Of a stretch of 64,000 nucleotides of DNA, positions 34,360 to 43,600 are shown piece by piece. The notes under the pieces were generated by a model that saw nothing but the letters and a program-made list of their open reading frames with translations, was not told where the DNA came from and ran no database searches. The position numbers were made by a program, and so were the translations under genes. Within the stretch, counting starts at the first letter, position 1. Each line of letters begins with the position of its first letter. The stretch comes from an uncultured Planctomycetota bacterium (GTDB lineage: Bacteria; Planctomycetota; Planctomycetia; Pirellulales; Lacipirellulaceae), in NCBI GenBank assembly GCA_963719315.1, contig CAVRBU010000002.1, positions 1,280,001 to 1,344,000 of the forward strand, in the 5' to 3' direction.

Positions 34360-34445
34360 TTTTCGATGACGTATCCACAATTATTTTTGGCCGCGCGCAA
34401 TGTTCGAGATCGTTGGTTCGGGCAACGGGAATATATCCTGACCCC

Positions 34446-34742
34446 TTATTCCTTCTCGACAGCTCCCGGTTCGTAGTTCCGCCGATCACGGATATAAATC
34501 ACAATTATCCCAATCAATATTAGGATATAAATCGCGTAGACCACGACCTTTAATTGCTGAGGTGGGTGAACTACAAAAAACACGGACCAATAAGCACACA
34601 AAATGCCTAACGCGATTCTTCCTGCAATAGACATAGGCGGACCCTTACCGCGCCTACCCCATCGTACTTGCCAATGGGGAAATAATGCAGACGCGAAACT
34701 ATATGCGGCGATGAACAAAAGAATGATTGGTGCAAGCCACAT
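34446..34742 (-). CDS. Small three-TM hypothetical membrane protein
   Basis: 98-aa hydrophobic AT-rich ORF; stop TAA abuts GGGGTCAGG on the minus strand. Confidence 0.65.
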   Translation of the reverse strand: MWLAPIILLFIAAYSFASALFPHWQVRWGRRGKGPPMSIAGRIALGILCAYWSVFFVVHPPQQLKVVVYAIYILILIGIIVIYIRDRRNYEPGAVEKE

Positions 34743-34847
34743 TGGTGGTTTTCATCAAATTGGTTTTTCAAGATCCCAATTGCAATATTACTAACGAGGC
34801 AAGGCATCGGGACACAAAGCGAGCATGCTAAAATCTCCTGTAAAAAG

Positions 34848-34917
34848 AAAAGGGGTCAGAACTATTTGTGGGCTTCTTGACTCGTCATGTGCAGTTAAAC
34901 AGCTCCTGCCCCCTTTT
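34848..34917. repeat. Miniature element with RAYT-type inverted ends
   Basis: AAAAGGGGTCAGAACTATTT ... AAACAGCTCCTGCCCCCTTTT. Confidence 0.65.
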
Positions 34918-34928
34918 GCCATGCCCGC

Positions 34929-35045
34929 TCATATTGCCGCCCTCTCGATTTGTTCTTTGATCGTCCATACGTGGTCTGTTAGCCCGCTGGCCATCGCTGG
35001 TGTGGCGCCCTTCAGCGTCTCATGCTTCCGCCCGAAATTATACCA
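34929..35045 (-). pseudogene. C-terminal remnant of an IS1-like transposase
   Basis: Manual translation WYNFGRKHETLKGATPAMASGLTDHVWTIKEQIERAAI* matches the YNF.R.H..L..TPAM..G.TDHVW C-terminal motif. Confidence 0.7.
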
Positions 35046-35121
35046 GAGGGGGCAAAGGGAGGGGGCAGAGGTGTCAGGAACCGAATCCAATGATGCCATG
35101 CGTCATCCCTTCTCGCTTACC

Positions 35122-35600
35122 GGCCAAAAATACTTGTGGAATCGCCGGCAAGAAAATGCTACAGTCCAGGCACGCTGCATTGCGACGGCGTTTGATCCTT
35201 GAAAATCTAGAGGAAGCTGTTAGCCGTTAGCTGTTAGCTATCAGCCAGAGGTTGCGCACGGTCTCCCGACGCGCTCGCCCCTTTTTGCCCAAAGCTGGCC
35301 GAAGGGCCGGAACAGCGTAAAACGCCGCGAAAATCGCCACATTTTCACGGCTCGACCGCTCTGGCGAACCGCTAAATCCTGCCAGATTCCAGCTTCTTAG
35401 AGAGCAAACTCGCCCATTATTGCACGTCGAGTTCACGCCCGAACCACTGGATTTCCAGCGGTTCGCTGCCCGAGCGCCGTGCAAAAAGGAGGAGTTTTGC
35501 ACGCGAAAAAAAATTTTCCCGCGTCCGCACAATCGGACTCCCTTGCCCTCCAACGACTTGCGACTTCCATTGCGCGAAGCCTTCGTGCAAAACTCACCGC
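35122..35600 (+). other. ~480-bp non-coding repeated element, copy 1 (candidate ncRNA gene with promoter and boxA-like site)
   Basis: Colinear with 52402-52639 + 54200-54424; TGGAAT-N17-TACAGT (35137-35165); TGATCCTTGAAAA (35193-35205). Confidence 0.75.
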
Positions 35601-35646
35601 CTGAGAAAGACACATCATCCACAAGGCCTGAATCAATTCGCCATGC

Positions 35647-36716
35647 TCAACTGTATTTTTCCCGGAGCCGTTGGGCGGCCGCAACTTCGTTCTTGAGCTT
35701 CACATAAACTTCATCGAGACTCACTTCGGCCGCCGAACCGGGTGCGAAGCCGCAATCGGGGTTGAGCGTGATCCGTTGCGGTGCAACATGCTTCAAAGCC
35801 GCTTCGACGCGGGTTACGATCGCATCCACGGAATCGATCTGGCCAGGCTGGCAGTTCACGCAACCGAGGCCGATTTCGATATTCTCCGGAAGCTGTTTGA
35901 AGACGGACATGTCGCCCGCGCCAGGCGAAGTGAACTCCATCGTGACGTGATCCACCTTCAATCGACCCAATTGCTTGAGAATCGGATCGTATCCGCCGCG
36001 ATGATCGGCCTCGCCCCGCGCGCAGCGCCGGCGCGCCGACAAAGATGCACGGCCAGCTTCACGCCCTTGATGCCGCTCACCACCTGGTTGTCCATATCGA
36101 CGGCGAAGTCGGAGGCGCGTTCGGCGTCTTCGTATTGCTTGCGGACTTCCGGATCGACGAACAGGCACAAGTGCGGATCATCGACCTGGACGATCGACAC
36201 GCCTTCGTCTCGCAAAAGCTCGACCTCGCGATGCAGAATCGGCACGCAATCGCGGACGAAGTCCTCGCGCTTCGGATAGGCCTTGGCCGATTTCACCGAA
36301 TCCCACATCCGCTCGCCCAACAACGCGGGCGCCGGAACAGTCGCTTTGATTTGCCGCTTCGTGAGCTTCTTCAGAAAGGCGACTTCCTGGGCGATAAAGC
36401 CGGGTTGCTTCGGCGAGAGCTTATCGACGACGACGGTCCAGGGGCGGCCGTCGTCCGGATTACGGCTCAGCTCGAAGCCGTGCGCGAGTTCCGCAATGAC
36501 ACCGATGTAACTTTTGCGCCACCATTCGCCGTCGGAAACAAAATCGAGGCCGGCCATTTCTTGCATGGCCACGGCCCCGCGAATCGCCTCGCCCATCAGG
36601 CGGCGATATTCGTCGCCCTGGATGGGGCAATCGTCGGCGATTAGATCCTTCACGAATTGTGGTCGGGGCAACGAGCCGATGACCGACGTCGGAAACAACA
36701 CTCCGCCCATGCTCAT
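35647..36716 (-). CDS. Cobalamin-independent methionine synthase II family (single MetE catalytic domain; apparent frameshift ~36020)
   Basis: TSVIGSLPRP, QEMAGLDFVSDGEW, VQVDDP, Zn ligands VHLCR and NPDCGF. Confidence 0.85.
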
Positions 36717-37480
36717 CTCCCCAGATGTTTCGAAATCCAATGCTGGCGGGCGTACTCGAAATCCTGCTGCGTATCGACTTCGATGTAGCCGCCCGGCGTA
36801 TCAACGTGCCCGAACCGTTCGCCCCGTTCGATCATGTCTTGAAACAGCAGAATCTTGTAGGCATTTTCGAAGCTGCGCGAATCGCGCCAAGGCCGGCCGG
36901 CAAATTCCTCGCGGCGTCGCTGGTAGAAGTCGCGCAACCTGGCGGCGCCGGCAGCGGAAAACTTCGCCACGCCGATATACTCGCCGTACGCCTCTTGCTC
37001 GGGAATCTTGCGATCGACCCGCGTAACGCGACCGTTCTTGACGATCACTTTCTCGGCGTCATCCGGCGGATGCTCGGTGCGAGACTCATAGCGCTCGAGC
37101 CAGGCCGTATCGACTCCGAGCGCCATATCCTCCGGTGCCGCGGCCAGCCGGCCGACGATATCGGGCGTGAAAAGAACGTCGCTGTAACAGCAGATGAATG
37201 GTTCGTCCATCAAGTCGGACGCGTAAAAAAGCGACGCCAGGATATTGTTCCGCTCCCATTCGGAATTGTGGCGGAAGGCGAACTCGGGATAGGCCTCCTT
37301 GACCTTATCGAGCTGATAACCGCCGATGAAACAAATCCGATCGAGACCGTTTGCGTGGAACGACTCCAGCGCCCAATCGAGCATCCGCTTGCCCGAGATT
37401 TCGGCGAAGCACTTGGGGGCGTCGGCGGTAGTCGGCATTAGACGCCGCCCACGACCGGCCGCGATCACGATCACGCGCAT
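36713..37480 (-). CDS. NTP transferase (phosphocholine/phosphonate cytidylyltransferase-like)
   Basis: IAAGRGRRLMPTT..PKC, GGYQ, CYSDVLF, GEYIGVAKFS and YIEVDTQQD. Confidence 0.85.
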   Translation of the reverse strand: MRVIVIAAGRGRRLMPTTADAPKCFAEISGKRMLDWALESFHANGLDRICFIGGYQLDKVKEAYPEFAFRHNSEWERNNILASLFYASDLMDEPFICCYSDVLFTPDIVGRLAAAPEDMALGVDTAWLERYESRTEHPPDDAEKVIVKNGRVTRVDRKIPEQEAYGEYIGVAKFSAAGAARLRDFYQRRREEFAGRPWRDSRSFENAYKILLFQDMIERGERFGHVDTPGGYIEVDTQQDFEYARQHWISKHLGR

Positions 37481-37881
37481 TCTCGGTCCTTTACCCTGGT
37501 CAAAATCGACAATGCAGTCGTCATTTCATTTGATAAGCAAGGCCGCGATGAACTCGATTTCAACCGCGTTTTCTGGCCGTGAACACGGACCCACGCTCGT
37601 TGAATTTTCCGCCTCGCAATCCACGAATGCCGCCGCGTACCCGAAAAGCGGCCCCCTAGGTGCCCTCGACTTCCCGGCCACCCCCAGCATTGAGCAATTG
37701 GCTGCGGCCTATTTTATCCGAATCTGCGTCCGTTTGTAGGGGCCTTCTAAAAGCGTTCTCAGGGCCGGGTTGAATTGCATGGGAACATGTCCGGCCGGGC
37801 CGTTGGGCGGCCCGTCCCACGCCATGACCGGGAAAAATCAGTCGGTTCGGCTGCCAAGCCCATCGCGGGCAACATTTGGAA

Positions 37882-38002
37882 GTGGAGTCCTAATTTGCGG
37901 CACAACAAGTTTGTGGCACGGACTTCAGTCCGTACGAGCATCACGGACTGAAGTCCGTGCTACAAACCTCCGGTCCGAACGGTGCCAAATTTAGGACACC
38001 GC
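37882..38002. repeat. ~120-bp nested inverted-repeat element (REP doublet inside outer IR), copy 1
   Basis: Inner GCACGGACTTCAGTCCGT / ACGGACTGAAGTCCGTGCTAC; outer GTCCTAATTTG..GGCAC / GTGCCAAATTTAGGAC; homologous to 48927-49046. Confidence 0.85.
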
Positions 38003-38165
38003 CGTTCGCCTGGGGTCGCGCGGCGGCTTTTTTCGTCACGTAGCATTTGCTGGCAGAGCAGTGTAGTCCTCTCGTTCCAAAAGAGAAAATCTGCGTCTCG
38101 CGGACCGAGACGCCTACACCAACCGCAATAGCGCGGCGTGGACAGGCTGCAATCGACGGCCGATA

Positions 38166-38927
38166 ATGGACCTCATGCACGCACGCCTTGCAAACCAACT
38201 CGTTTCACTCGCGCTCATTGCCTGGATCGCCACCGCGCATTGCGTGCTGGCAGAAGACAACGCGATCCCGCCCCCGGCCAAGGAATACAAAGGCCGCGAG
38301 ATCGCCCAGACAATGCACTTTCTCGGCGCGCCCTGGCTCACGCGCGAGTCGCGCGAGCGGGAAGAGGACTGTAAAACGATGCTCGCCGCGCTGAAGCTCA
38401 AGTCGGGCGACGTCGTTTGCGATCTGGGTTGCGGAAACGGGTTTTACACGCTGAAGCTCGCCAACCTCGTCGGCGAAAAAGGCCGCGTCTACGCGGTTGA
38501 TATTCAGCGCGAGATGCTGGAACTGCTCAAGGACCGGGCCGCCGAGGAGAAGATCACCAACATCGAGCCGGTGCTGGGCACGCTGGTCGATCCGAAGCTC
38601 CCCGCGAATTCAATGGACCTGGTGCTGCTGGTCGACGTGTACCACGAGTTTTCGCACCCCGAGCAAATGCTGGCGGCAATTCACAAGAGCTTAAAGCCCA
38701 CCGGCCGCGTGGCCTTGGTCGAGTTTCGGGCCGAAGATCCGGCCGTCCCGATCAAGCCGCTCCACAAGATGAGCAAAGCCCAAATTATGAAGGAGTTCCC
38801 GCCCAACGGTTTCAAGCTCGTGGAGGAGTTCGACAAGTTGCCCTGGCAACACTTAATGTTCTTTCAACGCGAAACGGATGCGAACAAGGAGCAGAACGCG
38901 TCCGAAATTCATGCGCCGGGGCGATGA
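38166..38927 (+). CDS. Class I SAM-dependent methyltransferase with N-terminal signal-like segment
   Basis: VCDLGCGNGFYT, VYAVDIQ, LVDVYHEF and LKPTGRVALVEF. Confidence 0.88.
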   Translation: MDLMHARLANQLVSLALIAWIATAHCVLAEDNAIPPPAKEYKGREIAQTMHFLGAPWLTRESREREEDCKTMLAALKLKSGDVVCDLGCGNGFYTLKLANLVGEKGRVYAVDIQREMLELLKDRAAEEKITNIEPVLGTLVDPKLPANSMDLVLLVDVYHEFSHPEQMLAAIHKSLKPTGRVALVEFRAEDPAVPIKPLHKMSKAQIMKEFPPNGFKLVEEFDKLPWQHLMFFQRETDANKEQNASEIHAPGR

Positions 38928-38967
38928 TGCCCCGTTGCACGACGTCCCTTTGATCGAAGAATCTACC

Positions 38968-39894
38968 CTACTCTTGCAGCCCAAGAATCTTCCGCGGATT
39001 GTCGCCCAGCAATTGCTGGATTTGCTGCTCGTTCAATCCCAGCGCGGTGCGCAGATTCTCTTCCGAGCGTTGCATCGTGCCGGCCGATCCGACCAGGTGC
39101 GTGCGATCGGCCGACCAGGTTGCCAGGTTTTCGTCGATCACTACCTGTTGCGTTCCCAGCGAATACTCGCCTGGCCCCAGCCCGGCCCCACAAATCGCAT
39201 CGGTCACCACAAACGCGCGCTCGATTCCACAGCACTTAAGATAGTTCGCCAGGGCGACGAACGGCACGTGCACGCCGTCGGCAATAAACCCGATGTGCAG
39301 CCGGCCCGCAAGGTTTAGGACGCGCTGGATGATATTGTCGTGTCGCGGCAACAGCCCCGGGCAACCGTTGCCGAGGTGCGTGAACAGCGACAGCCCGGCG
39401 TCGATACTGGCTCGCAGTTGGTCGAGCGACGGATTGCAGTGCCCGGCTGCGACGCGGATCCCCTGCCCCGCCAGAAACTTCGTCACGCGGTTTTCCGGAT
39501 CGCGCTCGGGGGCCAGCGTCACGATTCGAGTCAGCCCCCCCGCCGCTTCGAGCAATCGCTGCATAAAGTCGAGGTCCGCCGGCCGTGCACAATCCCTGGG
39601 ATGCGCGCCAATGTATCCAGCTTCCTCATTGAAAAACGGGCCTTCGATGTGAATGCCCCAAATCATGTCGGCGATCGCCGCATTCGATTCGCGCACGCGG
39701 CAGATGTTCGCCAGGCGGCCGCACATGGATTCGAGATTGGCCGTGATCACCGTCGCCAGGATACCGCCCACGCCTTCGCTTTTCAGCCGGCCGCACACGG
39801 CGGCGACGCGTTCGGCCGGCAACTGGTCGGCGTTGAAATCGACATCTGCGTATCCGTTCACTTGCAGGTCGACAAAGCCACTGGGAGCATGCAT
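38968..39894 (-). CDS. nagA: N-acetylglucosamine-6-phosphate deacetylase
   Basis: GFVDLQVNG, GIHIEGPF, VTLAPE, THLGNG and FIADGVH. Confidence 0.88.
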   Translation of the reverse strand: MHAPSGFVDLQVNGYADVDFNADQLPAERVAAVCGRLKSEGVGGILATVITANLESMCGRLANICRVRESNAAIADMIWGIHIEGPFFNEEAGYIGAHPRDCARPADLDFMQRLLEAAGGLTRIVTLAPERDPENRVTKFLAGQGIRVAAGHCNPSLDQLRASIDAGLSLFTHLGNGCPGLLPRHDNIIQRVLNLAGRLHIGFIADGVHVPFVALANYLKCCGIERAFVVTDAICGAGLGPGEYSLGTQQVVIDENLATWSADRTHLVGSAGTMQRSEENLRTALGLNEQQIQQLLGDNPRKILGLQE

Positions 39895-39931
39895 ACTTTA
39901 GCAATTCAACGTAATTGTGGGGCAGCGGGCG

Positions 39932-40681
39932 ATGGACGTTAAGATTATGCCGGACAAGGCGTCGATGGGAAAGGCGGCGGCCGCGGCCGGCGCGGAACTC
40001 ATTCGCCGCGCACTTGCCGACCGAGGCGCCGCCAACATCATTGTCGCCACGGGTGCGTCGCAATTCGAGATGCTCTCGGCGCTCGTCCAAGAGCCCAATC
40101 TCAATTGGAACTCCGTAACCGGGTTTCACCTGGATGAATATGTCGGCCTGAAGTTCTCGCACCCGGCCTCGTTCCGCGGCTACTTGTGGCAGCGGTTCGT
40201 CAGCCGGCTGCCGCTGCCATTGCGAGCGTTTCATTTTCTGGACGGCGAAGGCGACCCGCGGGCCGAGTGCAACCGCGTGGGCGAAGTCATTCGCCGCCAC
40301 CCGATCGACGTGGCGTTCGTCGGCATCGGCGAAAACGGCCACCTGGCGTTCAACGATCCGCCGGCCGATTTCGAGACGGAACAACCCTATCTCGTCGTGC
40401 AACTCGACGACGCCTGCCGCCGACAGCAACTGGGCGAGGGCTGGTTCCTCACGTTCGACGACGTGCCCAAACAGGCGATTTCAATGAGTGTTCGGCAGAT
40501 CATGAGCAGCCGCGCGATTATTTGCACCGTGCCGGACGAGCGCAAGGCCGAGGCGGTGCGAAACGCCGTGGAAGGCGAAGTTTCGCCGCAGGTGCCGGCC
40601 TCGATTCTGCAGCGGCACAAGCGGGTTACGTTGTATCTCGATAGGCTAGCCGCATCGTTCCTACGATCGGCCAAACCGTAG
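39932..40681 (+). CDS. nagB: Glucosamine-6-phosphate deaminase/isomerase family
   Basis: [34 protein letters not shown] and VPASILQ. Confidence 0.85.
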   Translation: MDVKIMPDKASMGKAAAAAGAELIRRALADRGAANIIVATGASQFEMLSALVQEPNLNWNSVTGFHLDEYVGLKFSHPASFRGYLWQRFVSRLPLPLRAFHFLDGEGDPRAECNRVGEVIRRHPIDVAFVGIGENGHLAFNDPPADFETEQPYLVVQLDDACRRQQLGEGWFLTFDDVPKQAISMSVRQIMSSRAIICTVPDERKAEAVRNAVEGEVSPQVPASILQRHKRVTLYLDRLAASFLRSAKP

Positions 40682-40690
40682 TCGCGGCCA

Positions 40691-43600
40691 CTACTCAATA
40701 ACTTCCAGTTCTAAGTTCCGATACCGCACTTCCGTCTGCTCGCCGGCGTGAAGCTGCAGCGCGAACACGCCCTCGCGCTTTCCGCCGAGGTCGTTGTAGT
40801 CGACGCACGGCTGGCCGTTCAGCCAGGTGCGAATGTGCCCGCCGATGGCTTCGACTTCGTACTTGTTCCACTCGCCTTTCTTGAGGAATTTTTCGCCCGA
40901 TTCCTTCCATAGCAGGCCGCGGCCGTTTTCCTCGTACAACTTGCCCCACCAGCCGGGACCGATGTCGGCTTGGTAGCCCTTCATTTCGTCGTAGCCGTCG
41001 AGCGACTCGGAACGGAATTGCACTCCGCTATTGCCGGCGTCGTCGACGAGCTTCACTTCCAGCGAAAGTTTGAAATCACGGGCCGCGAGGTCGCTCATCA
41101 GGAACGTGTTGTGGTTCAGCCCCTTCGTGCGGCCAACGATTTCGCCGTTTTCGACCGTCCACAACTCGGTGTCGCCCTTCCACCCGGTCAAGGCTTTGCC
41201 ATTGAAGAAGTTGACAGCATTTTCCTTGGTGGCCAGCATCGGCACCTGGCCCTTGCCGCGCAAATAAGCGAACAGCGAAATGATCTCCTCTTTCGAGAAT
41301 TGCTTGAGCTGGTCGTCCGGCATCATCGAAGTATCGCCAAGCGTTCGCGTATCGACTTCGTTCTTGGGCAGCACGATGGTTTCCGTGGCCGTGCGCAGAG
41401 TCAGCGATTTGTCGTCCTCGGCCGAGGCAATTCCCGTAATCACGCGGCCATCGGTCGTTACCACGACGGTCGGCCGATACTCTTTGGCGATCACCGCGCT
41501 GGGATCCACGATGTTCGACAGCAAGTAGTCGACGTCGTCTCGATGGGAACCGGTCAAATCCGGCCCAATCGTGGCTCCGACGCCGAACAGCGTATGGCAC
41601 TGTTGGCACGTTTTGCCGAACACGGCCCGACCGAGCGACGGGTCCGTTTCAGGCTGATAGCCGCCAACCAGCTTGCGGTAACTGGCGATGAGCTTCGCCT
41701 TATCGGCCGGTGTGTTGCGAATTTGCCCCCAGACTTCGCCGATCACTTTGTCGATCGTCTCATCCTTAAGATTGTGCAACTGGCGCACGAGATCGGCGGA
41801 TAGATCCTTGGCCGGCACGTCCTTATCGGAAACCGCCTTGACCAAGGCCAGGCCGTACGGCGCTCGAGAAGCCAACGTCGCCAGTGCGGCCCGTTTTTCG
41901 TCCGGCGTCAATTGCGCGTAGGTCGCCAGGATTTTTGACGGAGTTTCAGGATCATCGTACGCGGCCAGCCCGGTAAGCGCCGCCTCGCGCATTTTAGGAT
42001 CGGCCAGCAGGGCCTGCAGCGTCTCGGCCAGTTTCGCATCCTTAACGGCTAGCAGCGCCTTGAGTGCGTCGAGACGCGGTTCGGCGTCGGCGCTTGCCGA
42101 GGTTAGCAGCGTGCGGAGCGAATCCATGGCGACTGCGTCGCCAAACGTCACGCCTAGCGCATTGGCCTCGGCGACCAAGTCCGCATTTCCGCTCTTCACA
42201 AGTTTTCGATACACCGAATCCCAACCCACAGGCGTTTTGACGCGCCGTTGACCCTTGAGGGCATTTCGCATGCTACGCAGAATGGCAAGTTGCTCAGCGG
42301 GGCTGGCGGACCGACCTAGTGCGTCAACAATTACCGCAAGTCCGGAGTTCTTATCCAAGCTGCCAATGCGTTGCAGCATGAATTCGCGCAGGACCGGAAT
42401 CGTCTTGCCGCAGGAAAGCCCGAATGCCAGCGCCGGTTGGCGTCAACCGTTGCCAACGGTTCGGCCGCATACCAATACATCAGCGGCAAGTTGTGGTCCT
42501 TCACGTCCTCCGCGTGGGCGGCCAGATTCTGCATGACTTCCCACCGCTGATCCGGAGGAATGCGCTGCATGGCTGACGCCAGGTACAGGCGCACGACAGG
42601 CGAAGCATCGTCCTTGGCCATCGCGGCGAACTGTGGCAACAACTCGGCCAAGTGGGCCTTATCGTGATCGAGCGCGAGCTGAATGGCCCAACCGCGCACG
42701 TATTCGTTCCTATCGGCTAGGAGCTTTTGAATGAGCTCGGCGGGCACGCCGCCCGTCACATCCAGAACCCACATCGCTCGCAGGCGGCGGGTTTCATCCG
42801 GATTTGTCGACGCGATTTCGGCCATGCGCTTACGGACCGAAGCATCCAGCTTGCCGGCGGCCGCGCGCTCTTCGAGTATCCGCCGCGAGTGCCGTACATA
42901 CCAATCGTTCTTTTCGAGCACTACCTCGGCGAGCTCCCGATCGCTGAGTTTCTTAAGATCGACGACTTTGTGCTCGAGCTTACCATAAGTGACTTTGTAG
43001 ATGCGGCCATTCGTGCGATCGTGGCCTTCGACATTTGTATGGTGGCAGGCGTTCGTGTCGTACCAATCGATGACATAAACCTGCCCATCGGGACCGTAGC
43101 GAAGATTGAGGATTTGCGAGGCCAAGTCGAACGACAGCAGAAAATCTTTGCCGTGGTGGCCGACGAAACCGGAGCCGCGCCGCTCCAGAATGTCGGTGTT
43201 GACCCGCTGGCCGTGGATGTTGTTCATGAAGATCGTGGTGCGATATTGATCGGGCCACGCGCCGCCCAAATAGATCATCGCGCCGGCGTGGGCATGACCG
43301 CCGCCCGCATCACCCGACTTGCCGTTGCCCGCGTGTGGCCCCTGGTCGCCGACGTAGTGAAGATGATCGGCGATCGTTTGGATGTCGTCATAAGTGTATG
43401 GCTCTTCGTGAGGCCCGCCTTGCCGCAGATACCGCCCACCTTGAATCATGTGATACAAGTGCGGAATGACACAGGCCGTGCAGAACGCCTGACCATGATC
43501 GTCGAAATCGACGCCCCACGGATTGCTCGTGCCTTCGGCAAATACTTCGAACTGATGCGTGACGGGATGGTAACGCCAGATGCCCGCGGTAATCGGAGTC

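Noticed and set aside
29836..35085. Classical integron
   Set aside because: No tyrosine recombinase/IntI in the window and no attC-like RYYYAAC...GTTRRRY structures recognised.
35193..35600. rRNA operon downstream of the boxA-like site
   Set aside because: No 16S/23S/5S or tRNA signature follows either copy.
35420..35707. Conserved ORF in the 480-bp element (also 54244..54480)
   Set aside because: TTG start without an RBS, an in-frame TAA upstream, and different C-termini. A few changes are synonymous, so coding potential is not fully excluded, but it is not called.
37481..37760. SAM-I or cobalamin riboswitch upstream of the MetE-like operon
   Set aside because: Only CTTATCAA matches on the minus strand; the remaining conserved core is absent.
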